The notes under the pieces were generated by a model that did no database searches, was not told the origin of the DNA, and saw only the letters and a list, made by a program, of their open reading frames with translations. From positions 124,001 through 188,000 of the forward strand of contig JAPMXV010000067.1 in the NCBI GenBank assembly GCA_026936335.1: a stretch of DNA of 64,000 bases, written 5' to 3'. Shown piece by piece: positions 12,204-21,990 of this stretch (within the stretch, counting starts at the first letter, position 1; each line of letters starts with the position of its first letter). The position numbers and the translations under genes were made by a program. The stretch comes from Mantamonas sphyraenae STR306. Taxonomy: Eukaryota > Protista > CRuMs.

Positions 12204-14441
12204 ATGCCCCAGTACAAAGCACTCTACCCGTATTCAGGAGGCTCTGCGGAGGAGCTGTCGTTCAACGAAGGCGATGTGATTGAAGTGGCCGACCCGACAG
12301 AGCAGGACGGATGGCTGTATGGCGAGGCCAATGGCGCAGCCGGGTACTTCCCGTCGAACTATGTCGAGCAGGTGAGTGCCGCACCTTGGGGGCATGTGGG
12401 AAGCCATCGGATGATCGCAGGCGTCATCCAAGGGAGCCATGGGCGAAATGATGTGCATAGACAGCCCAGACACTCGTGATATGTCCCGGGGGCTTTTGTA
12501 GCAAGCGTGAGGGCGTGTGCGAGTGCCTGCAGCCAGATGCCGGTTTTTTTGTGGTGAGGCCCTCTCGGACGTAAACGCGCCGAGGGCACGGATCAAGGTG
12601 CATGAGACTCGGGGCATGTGCAAACACCGAGGCGAGTGGGAGATGCATGGATGCAGATGAGTGGCAAGACGTGTGCACGGATGTGGGACTGACACTCGGG
12701 TGTGTTTTGTGTGTGTTTGGAAGATGGTGCAGCAGGCAGTGGCAGCAGCAGCGCCGCCTCCTCCGCCGCCTCCTCCTGCCCCTGTGGCCGCCGAGCCGGA
12801 ACCGGAACCGGAACCCGAGGTGCAAGTGCCCCAGGCCACCATGTACAAGGCTCTGTACGCGTACCCGGGCGAGGGAGACGGAGAGCTGGGCTTCAGTGAG
12901 GGGGATCTGATCGAGGAAACGTCGCCGGAACAGGGCGGCTGGGCAGAAGGCCGATGCAACGGCTTTGTGGGTTGGTTCCCCATCAGCTACGTGGAAGTGG
13001 TCAGCAGCGGTGGTGTGGGAAGCAGCAGTGGCGGCGGAGCAGGCGCCTCTTCCGCAGGTGGAGGAGGAGGAGGGTACTACGACGACGACGATGACGACGA
13101 CGACGACGACGAAAGTTACCGCAAGAGCAGCACATCGGGTAAGTGTGGAAAGAGGCAAGGAGGAAGGAATTGGGGGGAAAGGGGGTGCGTGAGGCTGACA
13201 CACACACATACACATCCAAAGGCAAGGGAAACGACGACGACGACGACGACGACTACTATTCGCAGTCCAAGGTGCGTGCGTCTGTGGCACTGCAGCCTGT
13301 GGATGAAAAGGATCAAAACCACATCAATGGGACACGGTGGTATTCGAAGGAGAAGCAGTACCGGGTGGTTGTTGCGGACCCGGAAAAGAAGAAAAAATTC
13401 AGCGGGATGAAGACGTTTGTGAGCTACGACATCAGCGTGCAGGAACTGCAGTATCACGTGAACCGTCGCTACAAGCACTTTGATTGGCTGCGAGCCCAGC
13501 TGGTGGACATCTATCCGACGATTCCCATCCCGCATCTGCCGGAGAAGCAGTTTTCGGGCAGGTTTGACGACGAGTTTATCGAGCAGAGGCGTGCGGAGCT
13601 GGAGGCGTGGCTCAACTACATGGCGCGTCACCCCGTGTTGCGCAGTGCACCTGTGGTCCACCACTTTTTGAGCGAAGTCAACGAGAAGGAGTGGAAGAAG
13701 GGCAAGCGTGCGGCGGAGAAGGATCGTAAGGGCGGATTCTTCTACCGTTCCTTGGCACCCACAGAGCCGCTGCCGGACGAGGCCCCCGAACGCATTGCAT
13801 TGTTCAAGAACTCGGTGACGTCGTTTGACAAGCAGATCAAGACGCTTGCACACAAGTGCGACGGGGCGGTGAAGCAGTCGAACAACTATGCGTCGAGTCT
13901 GAAGGACTTGGGTCAGACGTTGGAAAAGTTTGCCGAGGGTGACTCGGAGGCCGGGTTCAACGGAGGCATCGAAGGTGAGGAGGGCGAGCAGCTGGTGAAG
14001 ACGGTGAAGCACATCGGACAGATCCACTGCAATGTGTCGGACCTGCTCAGTGGAACCAACGTGGAGGCGCAGGAGTACCTGCGCGACGAGATGCTGCCCT
14101 ACCAGCAGTCGGTGCCCCTGTACCAGGAAACCATCAAGACCCGGGACGTGGCGTCGGGCAACTACTTTAAGCGCTACGAAAAGGCGGCCAAGGTGGGGTC
14201 GCAGCTGGATGCAGAGACGGAACTGGACCTGGCTGCACGCAAGCAGCACTGCGACCTCATCTCCTACGTGGTCCTGTGTGAAATGGACCACTTTCGCAAG
14301 GAGCGAGTGAACCACATGAAGCCTGTGCTGCTCAAGTACATGCAGGACCAGCTGGCCATGCACGAGCAGATTGTGGAGATGTGGAAGGCTGCCATCGCCG
14401 ATGGTGAGGCCATTCCCGATGTGACAGAGGCGAACCCGTGA
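12204..14441 (+). CDS. SNX9/18/33-like sorting nexin, SH3-SH3-PX-BAR; introns 12372-12723 and 13139-13221
   Basis: Two SH3 domains (KALYPY..ELSF..GW..GYFPSNYV; KALYAY..ELGF..GW..GWFPISYV). PX motifs RRYKHFDWL, IPHLPEKQFSGRFDDEFIEQRR and HPVL. Helical BAR-like C-terminus (EMDHFRKER). Confidence 0.88.
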
Positions 14442-14523
14442 GCATGAAATGAGATGATGCAGCAATGAACAGCAGAACAGCGCGCGGCGACACGGGTGAC
14501 AAGGCAAAAAAGGCCACTCGTGG

Positions 14524-16016
14524 ATGGGGGAGATCCAGAAGCGGACGGTGCAGTTCAACTCGGAGTACAACGTTGTGGTAGGTTATAGGGTTGGTTGGGT
14601 TCAAAGGTTGGGGAATCGGGTGTTGACACCCACGTGTGCAGGTTCCGCAAGAGTTGGCGCGCAGCGTGTTTCTGTGCCTCATTGCTCGGGAGTCGCATCT
14701 GAGCATCGAAGCAGTGCACGAGGACACGCGCAACAGTGCTCAGGAGGATGTGCAGCTGCGTTCGCGTTACGAAAACGACCGTGTGAGCAGCCGGACGCGG
14801 CAAATGAGCACGGCAGAGGGCAAGGGCAAACGCAGAGTGCTTGGGATGGACGAGGACGGCACGTATGTAGACAAGGGTGGTGTGACAGGAGAGGGCACAT
14901 GGACCACAACGCAAGGGACCGGCTCATCGTCGTCGTCGACATCGTCGGCAAGCGAATCGCAGGACGGGAGCGGCGGGGGCGACCCTGTGGCCAAGGTGAG
15001 CGAACTGCTGCTGGGCGTGTTGCCCGGGGTCACATCGCTGGAGTGCGGGGCGCATTCGTTCAGCAAGAAAGACTCGCCAGACGACCTGTGGTACCTAATG
15101 GCATCTGCGTCGGCCATGTCGTCGTCGGGAAAGCGGCTGGAAAGCGGAGGCGGAGAGCGAGCAGGTGCCACGCGGCGGGTGCAACCGTTTTGCAACATAT
15201 TTATTGCGGAGAATCTGGACAAGGCGACGCCTGAAATGCGTCACACGTTGTTCCAGGCCATGTTGACAGGGCGGATATCGTTTCGGGGCACGCTGCGCAC
15301 GTTGCCGGAGAACTTTCTGCTCATTTCGGTGATGCAGGAGGGCCTGTTTTTCAACGTGTTTGACGACAAACAACGCGAGGTGTTTCTGGTCCAGCTGACA
15401 CTGTCGAATGCACTGCGCATGGGCAGCATTCAGCCGTCAGGGATGGTTCGTCCCATCTACGAACTGGTGGAGGTCAACCACTACAAGACGCTGATCGACG
15501 AGCAGATCTACGTGAACCATGACATTGAACAGTACATACGAGACATTGTGGTGGTGCTGCGAAACCATCCGGCCGTGCATGCGGGCGCCTCGCCACGCTG
15601 TTTGTCTGCCCTGTACGAGGCTGCCAAGGTTCAGGCCATGCTCTTTGGGCAAATGTTTGTGACGCCCACGCATGTACTCACTGTGGCTGCGGATGTGCTC
15701 ACGCCTCGTGTGCTGCTGTATCCCTTTGGTACGTTTGAACACTACGCGTTGATTCCTCGGCGCGAGATCACCTTTCTCCAGAGCACGCCTGGGTTTCTTG
15801 GCGACAACACAAGTGACAGCACACTGGGAGGAGGAAGCGGCGGCGGCGGCGGCGGTGGCACCGACACACGGGTTGGGGGTGCCAACAGGGACAGGGACTC
15901 GCTGGAAACCGGCGGGACAATTGATCCACTTTTGGCTCGGTTCAAGTACCACGCAGGTGGAGGAGCAAGCAGTGGTGCAGGAGTTGGTGGTGGAGTCGGT
16001 GGGATGACAACGTTGA

Positions 16017-16047
<31 letters not shown>

Positions 16048-16402
16048 ATCGTCGTCGTCGTCTTCGTCGTCATCTTCGTCGTCGTCGTCGTCGTCTGCCT
16101 CGTCGGTGTTGGCGTCGACATTGACGGCAGGGTTGGACATGGGGACGGTGGGTGGAAGCAGCAGCGGAGGCGGAGTGGGAGGCGGTGGTGAGGATGGATC
16201 GATGCTGGATCGGAGCACGGCGTCGGCACACATGCTAAACTCGAGCAAGGCGAGGCGATTGGGAGCCAGGAAGCGACTGCAAAGGCGTTTGAGTGCAAAT
16301 GTGTCGCGGAATGAGATGCTGGACGAAGACCAACTGCCGGAGTACAGATCTGCGCGAGAGACAATTGTGCGCACACTGCAGGAGATTGTGCCGCCTTTGT
16401 GA
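14524..16402 (+). CDS. Degenerate MoxR/ChlI-like AAA+ protein with AAA-lid domain and poly-Ser tail; intron 14578-14641
   Basis: NIFIAENLDKATPEMRHTLFQAMLTGRISF..LPENFLLI and IYVNHDIEQYIRDIV..GASPR..AAKVQAMLFGQMFVTPTHV..VLTPRV match the MoxR core and lid. No Walker A GKT is present. Confidence 0.65.
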
Positions 16403-16504
16403 AAAATTGCAAACAAGTTGGCATGAATGAAGCTTATCGTGGGACAGTTGCAATGCTGGGTGATGTGTGCGGTGACGGAGGCAAAAGAGAAGTGGAACAC
16501 ATCG

Positions 16505-18142
16505 ATGGATCCTTTGGAAGATCTCCCAGACTCTGTGGCACATGAGATCGTGGGCATGCTTGGGCTGAGGGATCGGTATTCAGCAATGCGTGTGAGCAAG
16601 AAGTGGCACAGGAGGATAGTGGAAGCGCCCGTGTGGCGAGAGGACGCAGAGCAGCGGTGTGGAGGGGGGAGGGAGATGGAGCTGATGCAGGAGGCGATGC
16701 AGGCTCAGAGCATGGCACGGAGACAGGCAGTAGCGAGGAGGATAGGGCTGATGGGGCATGGGGACGGGGAGGAGAAGGCGAGGGGGCAGGAAGTTGTGGA
16801 GGAATTCGGGTGGTTTCACTTTTGCAGGCACATGTGGTGTCGACAGAAGGCAAGGCGGATCCGGACGCATGTGCGGCGTATGTGGTCGTATCCGCTCTTC
16901 CGAAAGACGGACATGGGCTTTGTGTACAAGGAGCTGGTGTTGGTGTTGGTGTGGATGCTGGCGACAAGGTTGGCGGACAAGAAACTGGGTGAGTGGGGAG
17001 TGATGGGAGTGCCACGAGGCATGGGATTGGCACTCGTGAGTGGACTGGGGTTCTTGCTTGTGCACAACTGGTTGCTGATTCGCAACCGGATGGCCCCGCT
17101 GCCTGTCGTTGTGTGCGCGTTGCACTTTGTTGTCAGCGTGTTCACAACGAGCGTGTGTACGACGGCTGCCAAGGCAATGTGGGGAGTGGATGTCAAGATT
17201 GTGCGAGACCTGGGCTTCTACGATCCTCTGGAGAAGACAAGCTCGGCAAACACGTGGTTGCCCCACTGGGCCCAGTTTGAGTGGGTGGCCATCCTGCTGG
17301 GAATCCCATTCACCCCCGTTGGGATTGTGATATTCGTGCAACATGTGGCTGCCGGAGTGTGGGGAATCCCCGAGGCGATCTCAAAGCTGCCGTGTGGATT
17401 GGCGAGGTGGTCTGAATTCGAGTTGAAGCAGGCGCTGTACTGCCTGTGCATTCCCCTTGTCGCGATCGCATTCTACCTGATGTCACCCAGGGTTGGCCCA
17501 CTCATGGTTGTGGGCGTCTTTTCGGTGTTGGGCACATACAGCACGTGCTCGGCCCTAGTGCAGTTTGTGCTGCTGCTGTACATGTTGCGGGATGTCGCGT
17601 GGCCACCCGAAGGCACCGATGGAGACGGCCAAGAGTACGATGACATGTACAGGGAGGTGACGGAGCTGACGACGGCCCTTGGCAGACATCCACTTGGCGA
17701 GGAGATTCCGCTGTGGACCCTGGAGCAGCTTCCTCCTGTCAAACTGTCCACGTTTGCGTTCACCTCAGTGGTGACACCTGTGGGGTACCTCATTCCACTC
17801 GTGATTGACCACGACCGCACGTTTGGCTTTCAATTCTCCACGGCGCTGTCGCAAACGTTGCCCTGGATTTGGGTGTCCATGTCCATGTCCTTCTGGCCGT
17901 TCATGCATCTTTCCCCAGGGGTCAGTGCATTGTGTGTGTTGACTGGGCCGTATGTCGCCACTTGGCTGGCGTATGCTTGGCGACGGCTGAGCAAGTTTGA
18001 TCCACGAGCGAGCCAGCCTCTGTGGCGCATCGAGGTGTTGCTGCAGAGATTGATGGACTCACGGGACTACAGTGACAACCAGCCCGCGTATGAACGGGTG
18101 GCTATGTGGGAGAAACGGCCATCGTGGCTGCTGGGGCGGTGA
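16505..18142 (+). CDS. F-box protein with C-terminal multi-TM domain (paralogue A)
   Basis: F-box-like N-terminus LEDLPDSVAHEIVGMLGLRDRYSAMRVSKKW..APVWR, followed by about 9-10 hydrophobic helices. Confidence 0.72.
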   Translation: MDPLEDLPDSVAHEIVGMLGLRDRYSAMRVSKKWHRRIVEAPVWREDAEQRCGGGREMELMQEAMQAQSMARRQAVARRIGLMGHGDGEEKARGQEVVEEFGWFHFCRHMWCRQKARRIRTHVRRMWSYPLFRKTDMGFVYKELVLVLVWMLATRLADKKLGEWGVMGVPRGMGLALVSGLGFLLVHNWLLIRNRMAPLPVVVCALHFVVSVFTTSVCTTAAKAMWGVDVKIVRDLGFYDPLEKTSSANTWLPHWAQFEWVAILLGIPFTPVGIVIFVQHVAAGVWGIPEAISKLPCGLARWSEFELKQALYCLCIPLVAIAFYLMSPRVGPLMVVGVFSVLGTYSTCSALVQFVLLLYMLRDVAWPPEGTDGDGQEYDDMYREVTELTTALGRHPLGEEIPLWTLEQLPPVKLSTFAFTSVVTPVGYLIPLVIDHDRTFGFQFSTALSQTLPWIWVSMSMSFWPFMHLSPGVSALCVLTGPYVATWLAYAWRRLSKFDPRASQPLWRIEVLLQRLMDSRDYSDNQPAYERVAMWEKRPSWLLGR

Positions 18143-18531
18143 CGGGGGCAAAGAGAAGAGAAACACAACAATGGATCCTTTGGAAGATCTCCCAGACTCT
18201 GTGGCACATGAGATCGTGGGCATGCTTGGGCTGAGGGATCGGTATTCAGCAATGCGTGTGAGCAAGAAGTGGCACAGGAGGATAGTGGAAGCGCCCGTGT
18301 GGCGAGAGGACGCGGAGCAGCGGTGTGGAGGGGGGAGGGAGATGGAGCTGATGCAGGAGGCGATGCAGGCTCAGAGCATGGCACGGAGACAGGCAGTAGC
18401 GAGGAGGATAGGGCTGATGGGGCATGGGGACGGGGAGGAGAAGGCGAGGGGGCAGGAAGTTGACGAGGAATTCGGGTGGTTTCACTTTTGCAGGCACATG
18501 TGGTGTCGACAGAAGGCAAGGCGGATCCGGA
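16505..18531 (+). repeat. 361-bp near-identical direct repeat (16505-16865 vs 18171-18531) encoding the F-box N-termini
   Basis: Read base by base: identical except about 3 substitutions (GCA/GCG and GTG/GAC), then identity stops abruptly after ..GGATCCGGA. Confidence 0.92.
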
Positions 18532-19805
18532 TTGCGTACAGACACGAGCAACGTGTACATCCATCCATGGGCACGATCTATGCGTTGGTGGTGGTCGCTG
18601 TGCTGTTCAGCGGGGCTGTGTTTCAGCTGGCGACAATCTGGGCCGATCTGGGCCTCGCTGGCGTTGGCTCCAACATGCTGCTTTCGTTGGTGGCTGGAAT
18701 GGGGTGGCTGCTTCTGAACAATTATATTCTGTTGCGATTGGGCGGTGACCCATTGGCTGTGATTCCGTGTGTGCTGCAGCTGCTGTGGGCGGCGTGGGTG
18801 ACAAGCTTGTGCGTTTGCTGGGGACATGAGTGGCCGGATGTGAAGATCGACAATCATGTGGGCAGGTACGACACGGAATCAGGTGGACCCACACTGGTGA
18901 GCACTGTGGAAGTGGGGATGGCCAAGATCGTGCTTGGGCGCATTTTCCTGTACGCTGGCATCGCCGTCTTTGTGCCCGTGTTGCCCATGCACACTCTTCA
19001 GCACGCATTCTTTCTGTTGAACAACGAATGGCAGGAAGCGGTGCAAGAAACGGCGACAAGGTGGCTGGGGTATCGTGAGGAGCCATTTTGGAAGGCATGG
19101 TTTGTGGGATTGACCGCTCTGATGAGCATAGTGGGCTTCGAGACCGGTGGAATCGACATGGAAGTGCTACTCGTCTTTGGGGCTTCTGCAATGTTGCTTG
19201 GGCTGTTCTCCATCGGGTGCTTGACGCAGACACTAGCCGTGCACGCATTGTGCACCATTCCCCCGTCAAGATGGTCGTACACCCAGATCTCAATGGACAA
19301 CTTGGCACTGCAACGAACGATGGACACTTTCTCCAATCTCAGCTTCCATGAAATTTTCCGCAGCACGCGGCCGGACGATTTGGTTCCAGAGAAATCGTTG
19401 CAGTCTGTGCGCAGGACGATTGGCCCGCTTATGACAAGCGCCGTTGGAATCTGGTTCGCGTACCTGCTACCTTACTATCTCAATCACGAAGTGATGTTTG
19501 GGGGCACGCATGGCGAGAGCTTTGCCCAGGTGTTTCCGTGGTGTGTGGGTCTGTGGCTGGCTGTGGCACAGGCGACAGTGGGGACGCCACGTCCAGCTGC
19601 AATCTTTGGGCCTTTGCTGGCAGGCTTGACCTTGCCACTGGTGTTGTATGTGGTGCGTGCACTCGTCAGCGATGCTGTCTTTGTCCGGCTGTGGGAAGTC
19701 GAGGAGCGCATTCAGCAGATCCTGGATGCGCGAGAATATGGGACTGAGTTTGACCAGATCAAGATGTGGGCACGGCGTCCAAAGTGGATGGTGAGGGGGA
19801 AGTAG
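18171..19805 (+). CDS. F-box protein with C-terminal multi-TM domain (paralogue B)
   Basis: Same F-box N-terminus as paralogue A, a divergent TM region, and a shared C-terminal motif LW..E..(L/I)Q..(M/L)D.R.Y...MW..RP.W. Confidence 0.72.
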   Translation: MDPLEDLPDSVAHEIVGMLGLRDRYSAMRVSKKWHRRIVEAPVWREDAEQRCGGGREMELMQEAMQAQSMARRQAVARRIGLMGHGDGEEKARGQEVDEEFGWFHFCRHMWCRQKARRIRIAYRHEQRVHPSMGTIYALVVVAVLFSGAVFQLATIWADLGLAGVGSNMLLSLVAGMGWLLLNNYILLRLGGDPLAVIPCVLQLLWAAWVTSLCVCWGHEWPDVKIDNHVGRYDTESGGPTLVSTVEVGMAKIVLGRIFLYAGIAVFVPVLPMHTLQHAFFLLNNEWQEAVQETATRWLGYREEPFWKAWFVGLTALMSIVGFETGGIDMEVLLVFGASAMLLGLFSIGCLTQTLAVHALCTIPPSRWSYTQISMDNLALQRTMDTFSNLSFHEIFRSTRPDDLVPEKSLQSVRRTIGPLMTSAVGIWFAYLLPYYLNHEVMFGGTHGESFAQVFPWCVGLWLAVAQATVGTPRPAAIFGPLLAGLTLPLVLYVVRALVSDAVFVRLWEVEERIQQILDAREYGTEFDQIKMWARRPKWMVRGK

Positions 19806-19871
19806 GTTGTGCGCCAGCGTGTGCACCACAAAACAACACAACGTGGAGATTCGCGAACTGAACAACAAGCA

Positions 19872-21756
19872 ATGTCAACCAACGATTACAACGACGCAGA
19901 GCTGGATGCACTGCACGCAACGATCATGCAGGGAGGTCTCATGCATTGTGGTGACCTGTTGTCCGAGATCTGCGACCGGAGCACGGTTTTCGCCGCCATT
20001 TGGGCTTTGGACCGCCTGACGACCACGGCCAGGGCCAACAACACGCCCGTCGAGCGCGGTGACATGGAGGAGGCACTGAATCAGGTCATGGAAGAGAATG
20101 GGATGCAACCGGTGTCGTGGAGTGGGCTTCTGCGCGATCATCTCGGGAAGCAAGGTGAGTGTGGGTTTGCTCGAATTTGACTGGACGGAATCCTGACTGA
20201 GAGGGGGACGGAATCCTGACATGGGGGGGGGGGGGTATTTTCAACGACGTTTGGACACGGTGACACATGTGCTGAAGGGATGGGGGAGGGCGATGGTCAG
20301 GATGGTGGACAGGATGCAGAAGAGGGTCTCAGTGGACTACTGCCTTGATGGGTGACCCAGGCATGGCACTGACAACGCACCACCACCGAGCAGACGCTAC
20401 ACAGGAAAAGATGGTGGAGGCCATCAGTGTGGATTGGGAGTGGAGCAAAGACAAGCCTGGTTCCATGGACCAGGTGGTTGAGACGATGGAGGAGACTCTG
20501 CACAATGCGTTGCGTGAACACTCTGTCGAGGGTATGGAAGTGCATGCGAATGACATGAAATCCATTCTTTTGGATCTGATGGAAAAGGACCGCGGGGATG
20601 TCCCAGGCAGCAGCAGCGGCAACGGAGAGGACCAGCGCACTCCTTGCTACATGATCTCCCTTGCCACCATCGCCGCAGAAGAGTACCTGGACAAACGGAA
20701 GGAACATGACGAGGGACAAAGTGATGTGCGGGAGGTTGTGGATGACAAGATCCTTGGGCAGGAGCTGCGGTGGCTGAAGGGTGATGTCCTCCCTCGTCGC
20801 TGTAGCGACGAGGCGATGTGCCAGGCACTGCATCACACGCACTTGGGGTTGCTGGGGATGCAATACCTTCAGAACGGGGAAGTACGGGCGTAAGTTCGGC
20901 GGGGGGTTGAGGTGTGGGTGTGATTGACAAAGGCTGACACGCAGGCGGGGGAATGGACAGACGCGATGCTGAGAACCGATGCGGGAGAGGGGTGTGGACA
21001 AAGGGCAGGCGTGAGATGATGCATTCGCAGGATGAGGGATTGAGCGCGCAGTACACGTTCAGTGTGGTCAAGCCGGATCTGCAAGTGTCTGTGGAGGTGA
21101 CGGGGTCAAAGGTGCCGATGATGGTTGCCCTGGAAGAAGGGAAGGGCCCAGGGAGCCGTGTGCAAGATTTCGAGGTGTTGCTGGCGCAGGGTGTGGCGTC
21201 GGTGTTGTGGCTGCAGCTGTACGTGGAGTGCCCGGACACGGAGGTTCCGATCTACCTGCGCTACTTCGAGGGCACGCGGACGGTGGTGGTGATCCTGTGG
21301 TACAAGTTGGAGGCTGTGGGAGCGGGAGTGACGGAGGTGTGGTACTCGGAGGGAGTAGTGGACACCGACAAGGCGGAGGAGGAGACGTACATGCTGCTGA
21401 AGGTGGAGGAGATCTACATGCAGTTTGTGTCGAGGGTGGTGGAGAAGCTGGAGAAGGAGGCAAAGGCACGGGAAAGGATGTTGGTGGGGATGGAAGTGCT
21501 GCGACAAGGGGCGGACAACAAGAATCTAAGCTCCGGGACGTACGAGTGGAACGGGAAGGGAGACATGGTGAAGGTGATGGTGGAGAAGAAGGAGGAGGAG
21601 GGTGGCAAGGAAGGTGGGGAGGAGGAGGGGCGTGAGCTGGAGGAGATGGCGAAACAGGCAGGGGTGGCCGATGTGAGCGAGGAGGTGGTGGACAAGGTTG
21701 TGGAGGGACTGCAGACGGAGGAGGCAGGGGCACGTGGGTGGATTGAGTGGGAGTGA
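19872..21756 (+). CDS. Kinase-less copy of the array gene (helical header + PD-(D/E)xK nuclease-like domain), 524 aa; exons 19872-20154, 20394-20889, 20961-21756
   Basis: GTGAGT and GTAAGT donors with CTGAC branch points. The spliced CDS is 1575 nt and in frame. Retains SDEAM, KPDLQV, ALEEGKG and LLAQG, but lacks ~203 aa of kinase present in the array copies. Confidence 0.7.
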
Positions 21757-21883
21757 ATGGGTGGAGGCTAGGAGCGTGCGTCAGCCCACGCACGCACCCG
21801 CAAAGAGGCGCCCACACAGACACAAGCACGCAAGCTCACAAGCACAATGGAAACAACATGATCCATTCGCACACACTTCCCCT

Positions 21884-21970
21884 TCACTCACTCACTCACT
21901 CACTCACTCACTCACTCACTCACTCACTCACTCACTCACTCACTCACTCACTCACTCACTCACTCACTCA
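21884..21970 (+). repeat. (CACT)n microsatellite between convergent 3' ends; recurs as (GAGT)n in array units at ~37428-37486, 41400-41463, 45374-45437, 49354-49409, and degenerate at ~33478-33510
   Basis: Directly visible tetranucleotide repeat. Confidence 0.95.
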
Positions 21971-21990
21971 CACGCCACGGTGTTTGATCC

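Noticed and set aside
6832-16100. GAT/GAC/TCG trinucleotide runs (poly-Asp at ~6832-6877 and ~13081-13110, poly-Ser at ~16018-16100)
   Set aside because: Ordinary coding low-complexity tracts, common throughout this window.
20277-20350. 10-nt deletion in the 19.9-kb copy as an inactivating frameshift
   Set aside because: It falls inside predicted intron 1 (20155-20393; branch CACTGAC, acceptor GAGCAG), so the spliced frame stays open.
21884-21970. (CACT)n/(GAGT)n tracts as telomeric repeats or CRISPR-like arrays
   Set aside because: Simple tetranucleotide microsatellites with no spacers, located in 3' intergenic DNA and copied with the duplication.
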